56,795 nt of DNA, from assembly GCA_937903135.1 (NCBI GenBank), contig CALDAH010000011.1:1-56795 (forward strand), written 5' to 3'. This document shows positions 27,611 through 37,136 of this stretch, in pieces. Within the stretch, counting starts at the first letter, position 1. Each line of letters opens with the position of its first letter. Position numbers and translations under genes: made by a program. Below the pieces are notes generated by a model that searched no databases, had not been told where the DNA came from, and saw only the letters and a list, made by a program, of their open reading frames with translations. The DNA is from an uncultured Alphaproteobacteria bacterium (GTDB lineage Bacteria > Pseudomonadota > Alphaproteobacteria > Rs-D84).

Positions 27611-27639
27611 TTGTTATGGGAATATTTTTATGATATAAT
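27611..27639 (+). promoter_or_regulatory. Promoter candidate containing copy 2 of TTTATGATATAAT
   Basis: TTGTTA (27611-27616), 17-nt spacer including TG, TATAAT (27634-27639). The 13-mer is at 27627-27639. Confidence 0.45.
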
Positions 27640-27668
27640 ATATCTAACAAAGAATAGGGGGAATCCAC

Positions 27669-28445
27669 ATGAATGACGATAACTTGGATTTATTAGATTT
27701 AGATGACAGCGCATCTATGGATGCATTACCGGATGCTGCGCCATTTGCCGCACCACGCCCGAAAAAGCCGTGGCTGCTGCTAACCGTTGGTTTAATCGTT
27801 ATTATATTAGCAACGTATGTTATTATTCGTGCCATCGGCAGTGATTCATCATCATCAATTGATATTGATTTAGATGCCCCGGCCGTTGTCGTGGATTCTG
27901 TGGATGCGCCGGTTGTCGCACCGTCTGTTGCGGGTGTGCCGGCGACGGAAAATACTGCGCCGGTCGTTGTTGCGCCACAACAACAACCGGTTGTAACGCC
28001 CGCCGCACCTGTGGCGCAGCCACAACGGGTAACCGCGCCAACCGCGGGTGTCCCCCAGCGCGAGGTTCAGGACCGAAAAGAGGTTACATTTAACCCGGAT
28101 AAACCGGCGGCCGAAAAACCGGTGGTAAAGCCTGCTGCGAAAAAAGCACCGGCAAAATCCGCCGTGAAAAAAACTGTTAAGAAAACACAGGCCGCGCCAA
28201 AGTCTGCGTGGTATGTTCAGTTCGGATCATACAGCACGCGCGCGTTGGCCGAAAACGCGGAACGTCAGATTCGCGCAGGGCACAGTAATTTGTTTGCCGG
28301 AAAACAATTTGTAATTTTGGCGGCGCAGCTGCCGAACGGGACAACGACATATCGTCTGCGTATCGGTTTCGCAACGTCAAATGAAGCAAACGGTTTTTGC
28401 CGGAATGCAAAATCTGATGGCGTTGATTGCTATGTTGCAAAATAA
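27669..28445 (+). CDS. SPOR-domain (septal peptidoglycan-binding) membrane protein
   Basis: TM segment, Pro/Ala/Val-rich linker and C-terminal WYVQFGSYSTRALAENA...YRLRIGF...A..C. Confidence 0.7.
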   Translation: MNDDNLDLLDLDDSASMDALPDAAPFAAPRPKKPWLLLTVGLIVIILATYVIIRAIGSDSSSSIDIDLDAPAVVVDSVDAPVVAPSVAGVPATENTAPVVVAPQQQPVVTPAAPVAQPQRVTAPTAGVPQREVQDRKEVTFNPDKPAAEKPVVKPAAKKAPAKSAVKKTVKKTQAAPKSAWYVQFGSYSTRALAENAERQIRAGHSNLFAGKQFVILAAQLPNGTTTYRLRIGFATSNEANGFCRNAKSDGVDCYVAK

Positions 28446-28461
28446 GACAAGAGGATAAAAA

Positions 28462-28794
28462 ATGTTTGGACGTTTTGGCTGGGCCGAAATACTGGTAATC
28501 GTTGTATTGGTCGTAATTTTATTCGGGCATAATAAAATCCCGGGAATGATGAAGAATTTAGCCGACGGGGTAAATATCTTTAAAAAAGAATTAAAAACGA
28601 CAAATAAAAACGTAAACTCCGCGGATGCGAAAAAAGCGAACGGGAATAATACGGTTAAAAACGTAAACAAGTCGCAGAGTGTAAAAAAATCACAGCCGAA
28701 AAAAAATACGGCAGCGACAAAAAATATGGCAGCGAAAAAAAATACTGCGCCAAAGACCGCAGCACGTGTGCGTCAGAAAACGGCCAAGAAATAA
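28462..28794 (+). CDS. tatA: Twin-arginine translocase TatA/E-type subunit with a long Lys-rich tail
   Basis: MFGRFGWAEILVIVVLVVILFGHNKIPGMMKNLADGV. Confidence 0.85.
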   Translation: MFGRFGWAEILVIVVLVVILFGHNKIPGMMKNLADGVNIFKKELKTTNKNVNSADAKKANGNNTVKNVNKSQSVKKSQPKKNTAATKNMAAKKNTAPKTAARVRQKTAKK

Positions 28795-28811
28795 TAATCG
28801 CTTGAATTAAA

Positions 28812-28844
28812 AACCGGGTAATAATTTTATGCCCGGTTTTTTTA
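28812..28844 (+). terminator. Rho-independent terminator after tatA
   Basis: Stem aaccggg/cccggtt followed by a T-run. Confidence 0.6.
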
Positions 28845-28868
28845 TATATTTATATAAACGAAGTAATA

Positions 28869-28897
28869 AAAAAGCACCAGATTATGGTGCTTTTTTA
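28869..28897 (-). terminator. Rho-independent terminator after dksA (bidirectional form)
   Basis: Stem agcacca/tggtgct flanked by A6 and T6. Confidence 0.65.
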
Positions 28898-28898
28898 T

Positions 28899-29333
28899 TT
28901 AATCGTTTTTACGGCTTTCGTATTCTTCCTGTTCTTCGACGGTCATTGTCGCCAATGGTCGCGCCATCATTCGGTTCAGGCCGATTTCGTCACCCGATAC
29001 AACGCTGTAACCGTATGTACCGTTTTCCATTCGTTCCAATGCTGCATTAATTTTTCGCAACAGGTTATTATCACGCTGGGACATATGCAGATTCATCTGA
29101 ATATCCTGTTCAAATGTTGCGTTGTCCATGGTGTCGCCGACACCCGCGCTTTGGTTTTTTTCAACCAAACGAACCGCGCTAAGTACAGAATCGCTGTCCT
29201 GTACCAGCTCTTCTTTCTGGGTGTTTAGCAGCTGATAAAAATACGCCAATTGTTCCGGGCACATATACGGCTCGGACTTTTTCGGGGTATATTTTGCTGG
29301 TAATTCCAGAGTTTTATAATTTACCTTAGCCAT
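28899..29333 (-). CDS. dksA: RNA polymerase-binding factor DksA, Cys-less (zinc-independent type)
   Basis: Coiled-coil region with the DxxDxA-type tip (GDTMDNATFEQD). C-terminal GTYGYSVVSGDEIGLNRMMARPLATMTVEEQ. Confidence 0.8.
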   Translation of the reverse strand: MAKVNYKTLELPAKYTPKKSEPYMCPEQLAYFYQLLNTQKEELVQDSDSVLSAVRLVEKNQSAGVGDTMDNATFEQDIQMNLHMSQRDNNLLRKINAALERMENGTYGYSVVSGDEIGLNRMMARPLATMTVEEQEEYESRKND

Positions 29334-29337
29334 CGTT

Positions 29338-29658
29338 TTAGGCCCTCTGTATTTCCATAATCCAATCGGTAAGTGTTTCTTCGTCCATCAGACCGCTGCG
29401 TGCTTCGATCAATTCGCCGTTTTTGAATGCCAAAACACTTGGGATTCCGCGTATTCCGTATTTTGCCGCAGTCCGACGATTTGATTCGTCAATTTCAAAT
29501 TTTACAAAGTTTACACCGGAAATCTTTTCTGATGTTGCCTCAAATATCGGGCCAAACATACGACATGGACCACACCAAGACGCCCAGAAATCAACGAATG
29601 TAATGCCGTCTTTTACTAAGTCTGTAAAATTTGAATCATTTGCATGTTTCAAAGCCAT
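29338..29658 (-). CDS. trxA: Thioredoxin
   Basis: WASWCGPCRMFGP. Start set at MALKHAND, which has GGAG 7 nt upstream. 106 aa. Confidence 0.92.
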   Translation of the reverse strand: MALKHANDSNFTDLVKDGITFVDFWASWCGPCRMFGPIFEATSEKISGVNFVKFEIDESNRRTAAKYGIRGIPSVLAFKNGELIEARSGLMDEETLTDWIMEIQRA

Positions 29659-29731
29659 CTTTTTCTCCTTTCTGTTTGATATTTGGCATGAGTGTATTAT
29701 AATCATCATAAAAAGCAAGAGAAATCATAAA

Positions 29732-30835
29732 ATGAATAAAATCATATACTTAGATGCGGCCGCAACAGCGTTAAAACCGCAAAGCGTTATTAGTGCAGAA
29801 TCTGATTTTTTACAAAACAAATACGCTAATGCCGGCCGGGGAATTTGCCCGCGTGCCGCCGCCGTGGATAGTATGGTATCGGCCGCCCGGGGGCATGTCG
29901 CAAAATTTATCGGTGCACGTGATGATAATATCGTTTTTACATCCGGGGCAACAGATGCACTTAATCGCGTGGTAAATATTATAATGCGCAGTCGCAAAAA
30001 TCGCCCGATGCGCATCGCGGTATCTGATCTGGATCATCACAGTGCCCGTATGCCATGGATGGTGGCCGCGGGGACTGAAATTATTGTAATTCCATTGAAC
30101 GAAAATTTTGATATTGATATATCCCAGATTCCGGCCGCAGATGTAATTGTTATTACCGCGATGTCTAATGTTTTTGGCCGGCCACAGAACGTCGGTGATA
30201 TAATTCGCGCTGCACGAAAAAAGAACCCCAATGTTATAAGTATTGTTGATGCCGCGCAATATATTGCACATTTGCCAATTAATATCGGCGATTGGGATTG
30301 TGACTTTATGTGTTTTTCCGGTCATAAAATCGGCAGTGATACGGGCATCGGGGTTATGTATATAAAAAATCCAGGTGATTTTTCCCCCGATAAATTCGGC
30401 GGCGGTATGGTAAATAAAATCACAGATAACAACGAATTGATATATAATATCGCCCCGGAAAGGTTTGAGGCCGGAACACTGCCATTAACCCAGATCGCCG
30501 GATTACCGCATGCGATTGACGCGTGTCGGTCGTGGAATTGCGGCGGGGAATTAATCGGGCATCTCTATAATCAGATGTTAAAAATCCCGCGCGTAAATTT
30601 ATTATCCGCCCCGGGGGCATCGCTAATAACCTTTACGATTGATAATATGCATGTATTGGATTTCGGGGCAATAATGGGGGCGCATAATGTTTGCCTGCGT
30701 GTTGGCAATATGTGTGCAACGTGGGCGCATCGTGCGCTGGGGGTATCGGGCAGTGCGCGTATATCCGCAGGGCCGTGGAATACCATTGATGAAATGAATA
30801 CAGTTGCAGATATTATAAAGGATGTGGTGAAATAA
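29732..30835 (+). CDS. sufS: Cysteine desulfurase, SufS/CsdA-like class V aminotransferase (short, 367 aa)
   Basis: IYLDAAATALKP, PLP-lysine motif FSGHK and active-site RVGNMCATW. Start set at the ATG at 29732. Confidence 0.78.
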   Translation: MNKIIYLDAAATALKPQSVISAESDFLQNKYANAGRGICPRAAAVDSMVSAARGHVAKFIGARDDNIVFTSGATDALNRVVNIIMRSRKNRPMRIAVSDLDHHSARMPWMVAAGTEIIVIPLNENFDIDISQIPAADVIVITAMSNVFGRPQNVGDIIRAARKKNPNVISIVDAAQYIAHLPINIGDWDCDFMCFSGHKIGSDTGIGVMYIKNPGDFSPDKFGGGMVNKITDNNELIYNIAPERFEAGTLPLTQIAGLPHAIDACRSWNCGGELIGHLYNQMLKIPRVNLLSAPGASLITFTIDNMHVLDFGAIMGAHNVCLRVGNMCATWAHRALGVSGSARISAGPWNTIDEMNTVADIIKDVVK

Positions 30836-30837
30836 TA

Positions 30838-31152
30838 ATGACGGTTAAAAAAGAAAATATCATAGATGCATTAAAAACTGTATACGACCCAGAGATTCCG
30901 GTAAATATCTGGGATTTAGGATTGATATATGATATCGCAATTAGCGATGATCTGGTCGTAATTACAATGACATTTACCAGTCCGACGTGCCCGATGATGG
31001 AAGAATTATTGGCCCAGGTAAAAGATTCGGTTTCCGCGGTCGCACATCCTGTGCCGGTGCGTGTGGATTTAGTATGGTCGCCGGCATGGGATCTGTCGCG
31101 AATGTCGGATGCTGCGCGACTGGATCTGGATTTAACAGAACAGGGGTGGTAG
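30838..31152 (+). CDS. DUF59 / SufT-like Fe-S assembly protein
   Basis: ALKTVYDPEIPVNIWDLGLIYDI...TFTSPTCPM. Confidence 0.78.
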   Translation: MTVKKENIIDALKTVYDPEIPVNIWDLGLIYDIAISDDLVVITMTFTSPTCPMMEELLAQVKDSVSAVAHPVPVRVDLVWSPAWDLSRMSDAARLDLDLTEQGW

Positions 31153-31153
31153 C

Positions 31154-31516
31154 GTGAAATATAGCGAGATAAAGGATATGCTGGGGATGGTATCAGATCC
31201 CGTCGGGCGATTAGAAATGGTGATGGATATCGGTGCACAGATGCCTGATGTGCCGGAAAACGCCGACTGCAGCGAGATTAATGGCTGCGCATCTGAGGTG
31301 TTTATATGCCGCGTGGGAAATAATTTTTACGGCAGGGCCGATTCGGCACTGGTCCGTGGAATCGTGGCAATTATTACCGCAATGGTTGACGGGCGAACCC
31401 CGGATGAGATTCGTAAAATGGATTTATCGGCCGAGTTTGCAACGCTTAACCTAAACCTTGGGGCGGGGCGATTATCGGGGGTGAATTCTATGATTCGTTT
31501 TTTACATAATTTATGA
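31154..31516 (+). CDS. sufE: SufE-like sulfur acceptor
   Basis: INGCASEVFI (GC-S-V motif) and the size. GTG start 2 nt after the DUF59 stop. Confidence 0.68.
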   Translation: MKYSEIKDMLGMVSDPVGRLEMVMDIGAQMPDVPENADCSEINGCASEVFICRVGNNFYGRADSALVRGIVAIITAMVDGRTPDEIRKMDLSAEFATLNLNLGAGRLSGVNSMIRFLHNL

Positions 31517-31557
31517 TAAAATGTGATCGTTATTAGGTAATGAATCGGATTTAAATT

Positions 31558-31845
31558 ATGAACGAAGACGAAAAAATGATTCAAATCGGCCTGTGGTCAT
31601 TCGGGGCGGTAATATTATTAACTGTTGGCCTGCAGGTATGCTATCGTACACAGATTCGTACATTGAAACACGTCCGGGCCGAGATTGTTAATACACAAAA
31701 GGAAATCGCCGTCGCCGTTACAAAATTCGAGGGATATAAACGGCCAGAGGTTTTACGTAATCTGGTCGCCGGGGTAATCCCCCGGGCCGAGGCAATCGGT
31801 TACCATAAATCGGTTAGTATTGATGCATTACCGGATAGGAAATAA
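31558..31845 (+). CDS. ftsL: FtsL-like cell division protein
   Basis: 95 aa, single TM then a coiled region. Lies immediately upstream of ftsI and overlaps it (TAATG). Confidence 0.5.
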   Translation: MNEDEKMIQIGLWSFGAVILLTVGLQVCYRTQIRTLKHVRAEIVNTQKEIAVAVTKFEGYKRPEVLRNLVAGVIPRAEAIGYHKSVSIDALPDRK

Positions 31846-33479
31846 TGTTCGAGGTTGGCAAGGATATTTTTAAAAACGGATTTACCGGCGGACGCGGGGC
31901 AACGCCCGGGCGCGGACGGTTGCGAATCGTTTATATGGTTTTTTTAAGTTTGTTTGCGTTATTTGCGATTCGCACGTTGTATTTCGGAATTCAGGGGACA
32001 AATCAATCACGCGGCACATGGGGCAAGGGCGAATGGAGTGCAACCCGCGCCGATATTGTTGATAGAAATGGTGATATTTTAGCTAAAAATATAATCTCGG
32101 GACATATTATGTTGCGCCCGGGGCATATTAAACCGGCCAAGCGTGATGCCGTTGCCGCCGTTATTCATCAGGCGATGCCATATGAGTATTCTTTGTCGGA
32201 TGCACTGAAACTGGTAAATTCATCACGGCGATTTATATACCTTAAAAAACACGCAAGTGATAAACAGCGAGAGATTGTTAAGAAGGCAAAACTGCAGGGG
32301 TTAGAGGTTGAGGATAATCAAATCCGTAAATACCCGCGCCGGCGTCAATTCGCACATACCGTTGGATTTGTCGGAAATGAAAACAACGGACTCGAGGGGG
32401 CGGAACGCACATACGATCAATATCTGCGTGAAAACAAAGAGCCACTTTATCTGTCGCTGGATTCACGCGTTCAGGCGGTGTTTTATGAACAGCTGGCCAT
32501 CGCAATGCAGAAATATCAGGCCAAGGGCGCGATGGGGATGCTGATGAATTCACGAACAGGGGAAATGATCGCGATGGTATCGCTGCCGGATTTTGACCCG
32601 GAAAATATCAAGGCAGACTCGGTCGCGAATCGTATGTTTCGCCCGTTGCGCGGCGTATATGAAATGGGGTCTATATTTAAAATATTTAATACCGCGATGG
32701 CATTAGAGAACGGAATTACAAAAGAATACCCCGTTACTAAACCATATCAGATTTTAGATAAAAACGGACGGGTTGCCGCACGTATTAGCGATATTCGCAG
32801 CTTTAAACCACCGCGCCCGAATTTATCCGTAGAAGAGATTATGCTGCATTCGTGCAACGTTGGCAGTGCGCAGATTGCCCTGGATCTGCCGGATAATGCC
32901 CAGAAAGAATTTTTCCATCGCATTCATATGGACGAAGCGTTAAAGCTGGATTTCGGGCGAACGGAACGGACGCTGATGCCGATTAAATGGGGGCCGGTTG
33001 AACGGGCGACGGTATCGTTCGGTCACGGAATTTCGGTTACGCCAATGCATCTGTTGCTGGCCGTAAATGCAATGACAAATGGTGGAATATATATATACCC
33101 GACGTTACAGAAGCGCAGTGTCGGGGCAGTTCGCGGCGAACGTGTTTTATCGGATGAAATATCCGCAAAACTGCGCAGCGTAATGGTGCGCATCGCCGAA
33201 GAAACAAGTGGCCGCAAGGCACGCGTTGCCGGTATTGAAATCGGCGGAAAAACAGCAACCGCTGAAAAACGAAACGCCGACGGGTCAATTGATCGTAAAC
33301 GTAATTTAACCGCATTCGCAGGAATTTTCCCGGCCAATGCACCGCAGTATACTATTTTGGTTATATTGGATGAACCACACGGGACCGAGGAATCATGGGG
33401 CTGGCGTACGGCCGCATGGAATGCTGTGCCGACAACGGGAAAAATTCTTGATAGTATACTGCCGTTGCTATTTGAATAA
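31845..33479 (+). CDS. ftsI: Peptidoglycan D,D-transpeptidase FtsI (PBP3)
   Basis: SIFK (SxxK), SCN (SxN) and KTAT (KTG-like) motifs. N-terminal TM and dimerisation domain. Confidence 0.88.
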   Translation: MFEVGKDIFKNGFTGGRGATPGRGRLRIVYMVFLSLFALFAIRTLYFGIQGTNQSRGTWGKGEWSATRADIVDRNGDILAKNIISGHIMLRPGHIKPAKRDAVAAVIHQAMPYEYSLSDALKLVNSSRRFIYLKKHASDKQREIVKKAKLQGLEVEDNQIRKYPRRRQFAHTVGFVGNENNGLEGAERTYDQYLRENKEPLYLSLDSRVQAVFYEQLAIAMQKYQAKGAMGMLMNSRTGEMIAMVSLPDFDPENIKADSVANRMFRPLRGVYEMGSIFKIFNTAMALENGITKEYPVTKPYQILDKNGRVAARISDIRSFKPPRPNLSVEEIMLHSCNVGSAQIALDLPDNAQKEFFHRIHMDEALKLDFGRTERTLMPIKWGPVERATVSFGHGISVTPMHLLLAVNAMTNGGIYIYPTLQKRSVGAVRGERVLSDEISAKLRSVMVRIAEETSGRKARVAGIEIGGKTATAEKRNADGSIDRKRNLTAFAGIFPANAPQYTILVILDEPHGTEESWGWRTAAWNAVPTTGKILDSILPLLFE

Positions 33480-33521
33480 ATTTTTATTATAATTATATAG
33501 ATAATAAAAAAAGAGTATAGC

Positions 33522-35279
33522 GTGAGAAAGATAGTAGATAAATCCATGCTGGGTCGGGCATGGGTGTTGGCATACGAAGATGAAGATAATCAGAAGCTGT
33601 CACATAATTTAGTAAATAAGATATTGGCAAGTCGCGGAATATCTGGTGACGATGAAATTAAAAGATTTTTAAACCCGAGTATAAAGGAATATATGCCGAA
33701 CCCATCGGTATTAACCGATATGGATTCCGGTGCACGTATTATCGCAGACCATATAATCGCAGGCAATAAAATTGCGATTTACGGTGACTATGACGTTGAT
33801 GGTATTACATCTACGGCGATTTTTGTTAAATATCTGCGTTCAATTGGATGTGATGTTATTTGGCATTTACCAACGCGCGAAGGCGAAGGGTATGGGCTGA
33901 ATATGGCCGCCGTGGATTATATCGCCGACAGTGGGGCACAGTTAATTATAACCGTTGACTGTGGTATTAGCGGCGCGGCCGAGGTTGCACACGCCAGATC
34001 CCGCGGCATGGACGTTGTCGTAACCGATCACCATTCCCCGGATGCCGTATTGCCGGACGCGGCGGCGGTTATTAATCCAAAACGTGCCGACGATACATCC
34101 GGGTTGTCGTATATGGCCGGCGTTGGCGTGGCATTTTTAACCCTGGTCGCGGTTAATCGCGAATTAAAATCCCGTGCAACAGATCCGGTTATTCATAACG
34201 CGCTTGAGAAAATAAATCTATTAAATTATATGGATCTGGTCGCCCTGGGGACGATTTGCGATACGATGCCACTAATCGGTTTAAATCGCGCGTTTGTTGT
34301 AACGGGGCTAAAGGTTATGGGAATGCGCCATAACATGGGACTCGGCGTTTTAATGGATGTTGCCGCGATAAAGAAACCGTCTGTGTATGCGGCGGGTTTT
34401 GCGATCGGTCCGCGATTAAACGCGGCCGGGCGTTTGGATTCGGCCGGGCCAGCGTTGGATTTGTTATTAACGGATAACCCGTTAATTGCCCACGATTTGG
34501 CGACGCGTTTGCATAAAATGAACCAGGAAAGAATTGATATTCAAAACGCGATAATGCTGCGTGCCAGCGAAATGGCCGAAGAATATTGCAGTGCCGGTCG
34601 GTGCAGTTTGTTCGTATGCGGTGAAAACTGGCATGGCGGGGTAATGGGAATAATTGCCGGTCGTTTAAAGGATAAATATAATTTACCATCATGCGTGGCG
34701 ACAAAATCTGATGGTGTAATTAACGGTTCGGGCCGATCTATACCGGGGGTGGATTTAGGGCGAATTATTCACGATGCACTGGCCGCGGGTATTATATCCG
34801 AGGGCGGGGGGCATGCCGCGGCCGCTGGTTTTTCATTGCCTGCGACCGAAGAAGCGGCGTTCGCAGAATTCTTAGAACGTGGTGTTGCGGCCCAGTTGAA
34901 CGGGCAGATCCCAAGATGCGAGATTATGGTTGATGCCGAAATGGACGCGGGCGGGGCAAATATGAAAATTATAAAAGAGCTTAGCGCGATCGGGCCATTC
35001 GGCCAAGGGAATCCTGAGCCTGTATTGGTTCTGCACGGGGCAACGTTGCGATATGCTGCGCCGATGGGGGGCGGGGCACATCTGCGCGGGTCGGTTCATA
35101 CCAGTGCCGGAACGCAGCTGGCGTTTGTCGGGTTTAATTTAGTCGGCACGCCCGTCGGTGATTTTTTACTGGACGATGCGAATGCAAATACTAAAATAAC
35201 AATGCTGGGCAGATTAAAAGAAAATGAATATAACGGGCGGGTAACTGCACAGTTCTTTTTAGAAGACATAGCGGTATAA
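33522..35279 (+). CDS. recJ: Single-stranded-DNA-specific exonuclease RecJ
   Basis: IYGDYDVDGITS, VTDHH and GGHAAAAG (DHH/DHHA1). GTG start. Confidence 0.92.
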   Translation: MRKIVDKSMLGRAWVLAYEDEDNQKLSHNLVNKILASRGISGDDEIKRFLNPSIKEYMPNPSVLTDMDSGARIIADHIIAGNKIAIYGDYDVDGITSTAIFVKYLRSIGCDVIWHLPTREGEGYGLNMAAVDYIADSGAQLIITVDCGISGAAEVAHARSRGMDVVVTDHHSPDAVLPDAAAVINPKRADDTSGLSYMAGVGVAFLTLVAVNRELKSRATDPVIHNALEKINLLNYMDLVALGTICDTMPLIGLNRAFVVTGLKVMGMRHNMGLGVLMDVAAIKKPSVYAAGFAIGPRLNAAGRLDSAGPALDLLLTDNPLIAHDLATRLHKMNQERIDIQNAIMLRASEMAEEYCSAGRCSLFVCGENWHGGVMGIIAGRLKDKYNLPSCVATKSDGVINGSGRSIPGVDLGRIIHDALAAGIISEGGGHAAAAGFSLPATEEAAFAEFLERGVAAQLNGQIPRCEIMVDAEMDAGGANMKIIKELSAIGPFGQGNPEPVLVLHGATLRYAAPMGGGAHLRGSVHTSAGTQLAFVGFNLVGTPVGDFLLDDANANTKITMLGRLKENEYNGRVTAQFFLEDIAV

Positions 35280-35284
35280 TCAAA

Positions 35285-36244
35285 ATGGATGAACAGGTAA
35301 AAATTTTTATTGAAAAAATCAAAGGTGCTAATTCCATTGCGATTATGGGACATAAAAACCCGGATGGGGATTCACTGTGTTCGGCGTTGGCGTTGGCCCG
35401 GTTAATTGAATTAAATTTTAACAAACGGCCGGTTTGCGTATACGACGGAAATGTCCCGGATTTCTTGGACGGTGTGCCACTGCGTGGATATATGCATTAT
35501 TATGAACGGGTTAATCTGGCGGATTCATATGATTTGGTTATTATCGTGGACTATGGGACGGCGAACCAGATCGGCGGGCCGGAGATTATAGCTAAAAGTG
35601 CGAAGTACGTTATTGAAATTGATCATCACCGTAATGAGAACCCTATTGGGGCGCAGCTTTGTATTAATGATTTGTCAGCCGTCGCAACGGGGCAGATCGT
35701 TTATGAAATAATTGCCGCGGGAAAACTTACCTATGACTTAGATATTGCAAATCTGCTGATGATATCGCTGATTACCGATACCGGGCAGTTTCGTTTTGTT
35801 CAATCCGGGCGACCAATGCGCATCGCGGCAGATTTAATTGATTTCGGCGTAAATATTCGCGAGCTGATTAGTGAACTGGGTGTAAAAAATCGTAAAACAC
35901 TGCAGGTCGAAGCGCGTGCTGTGGCAAATGCTGAATTTTTATATAAAAATCACTTGGCGTTGGCAATTATTCCGCATTCGGATTATAAGTTCTTAGATGG
36001 CAAGGGGGATACCGCCATGCGATTGCTGGCCCAGGTTCGTGATGTTGAATGTGTTGTGTTATTAAAACAACAAAAACAAAATCAAATCGGTATATCAATT
36101 CGCAGCCGTATTCAGCCAATTGGTCATATCGCCAGTGCGCTGGGCGGGGGCGGCCATCCGTGCGCGGCCGGGGCATTGGTATACGATAGTATTGAAAATG
36201 TTCGTATGCGAATAATTGAATTATTCAGGGGGGAGTTTAAATGA
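35285..36244 (+). CDS. nrnA: DHH/DHHA1 phosphoesterase, NrnA-like oligoribonuclease / pAp phosphatase
   Basis: GHKNPDGDSLCSALAL, EIDHH and GGGGHPCAAGA. Confidence 0.75.
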   Translation: MDEQVKIFIEKIKGANSIAIMGHKNPDGDSLCSALALARLIELNFNKRPVCVYDGNVPDFLDGVPLRGYMHYYERVNLADSYDLVIIVDYGTANQIGGPEIIAKSAKYVIEIDHHRNENPIGAQLCINDLSAVATGQIVYEIIAAGKLTYDLDIANLLMISLITDTGQFRFVQSGRPMRIAADLIDFGVNIRELISELGVKNRKTLQVEARAVANAEFLYKNHLALAIIPHSDYKFLDGKGDTAMRLLAQVRDVECVVLLKQQKQNQIGISIRSRIQPIGHIASALGGGGHPCAAGALVYDSIENVRMRIIELFRGEFK

Positions 36245-36855
36245 AAAAGATTATATCTTTTATAATTGCGATATTTATATCAGGGCCGCTGTTTGCGGCG
36301 GTTGACAGCACGTTGGTTGACGCGGCGGAAAAATATTTAAATTCTGTAACAGGGCTATCGGGTGAATTTACCCAGACGGCCAACGGAAAGCAGGAATCGG
36401 GGACATTCGCGATGCTGCGTCCCGGTCGTGTGCGTCTGGACTATAAACGTATGCCGATACAGTTAATATCGGACGGCAAGGATTTGTATTTTTTTGATAA
36501 ATCCCTGGATCAGATAACGACTGTGCCGATTACCAGTACGCCGGCGGGAATTTTAATCAGAAAAAATATAGATTTGCATAACGCTGATATCGCCGTGACC
36601 GATACCGAATCGGGGGCGGATACATTCGCGTTAAAAATGAATCTGCGTGGCCAGGAAGGGCTGGGGAATATGACAGTTGTTTTTGATAAAAAACCGGTTA
36701 AGCTAAATTCATGGACCGTGGTAGATGCCGCCGGGACAAAGACGGATGTGGCGTTTCGTGGGCTGAAAACAAAAACTAATTTTGATAAAAATTATTTTCA
36801 AATCTCGCGTCATAAAACGGTTAGCACCGGCGGCGGGGACGATTTTTATGATTAA
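36241..36855 (+). CDS. lolA: LolA-like outer-membrane lipoprotein carrier
   Basis: Signal peptide, then LSGEFTQ...GTFAMLRPGRVRLDY...LISDGKDLYFFD. Confidence 0.6.
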   Translation: MKKIISFIIAIFISGPLFAAVDSTLVDAAEKYLNSVTGLSGEFTQTANGKQESGTFAMLRPGRVRLDYKRMPIQLISDGKDLYFFDKSLDQITTVPITSTPAGILIRKNIDLHNADIAVTDTESGADTFALKMNLRGQEGLGNMTVVFDKKPVKLNSWTVVDAAGTKTDVAFRGLKTKTNFDKNYFQISRHKTVSTGGGDDFYD

Positions 36856-36857
36856 AG

Positions 36858-37136
36858 ATGTTCGGAATTAGTTGGGCAGAATTTTTAGTAATTTTATTAG
36901 TAGGCGTAGTCGTAATACCGGCGCGTATGTGGCCGGATGTCGCAAAAATTTTAGCCAGGGCCGTTAAATTTATCCGGGCCATTATCTGGAAAATTACCGA
37001 CGCATCCGAAAAAATCAAAGAACAGATAGAACTCGAGCAGCCAATTGACGATTTAATACGGTCCACGCGGGACGATATATTAAACGAGATTTCAACGCCA
37101 CGGCGCAGATCAAAACAGAAAAGGCCGAAAAAATGA
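36858..37136 (+). CDS. tatB: Twin-arginine translocase subunit TatB
   Basis: MFGISWAEFLVILLVGVVVIPARMWPDVAKILARAV. Precedes and overlaps tatC. Confidence 0.75.
   Translation: MFGISWAEFLVILLVGVVVIPARMWPDVAKILARAVKFIRAIIWKITDASEKIKEQIELEQPIDDLIRSTRDDILNEISTPRRRSKQKRPKK

Noticed and set aside
28600-28794. Tandem DNA repeats in the tatA 3' region, considered as a repeat element.
   Set aside because: This is imperfect low-complexity coding sequence for a Lys-rich tail, with no defined unit. It is reported only as a protein feature.
29423-29731. The 5' extension of the sufS ORF (track start 29423), which would overlap trxA antisense.
   Set aside because: The extension translates to non-conserved sequence antisense to thioredoxin. 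The conserved desulfurase N-terminus (MNKIIYLDAAATA) starts at the ATG at 29732.
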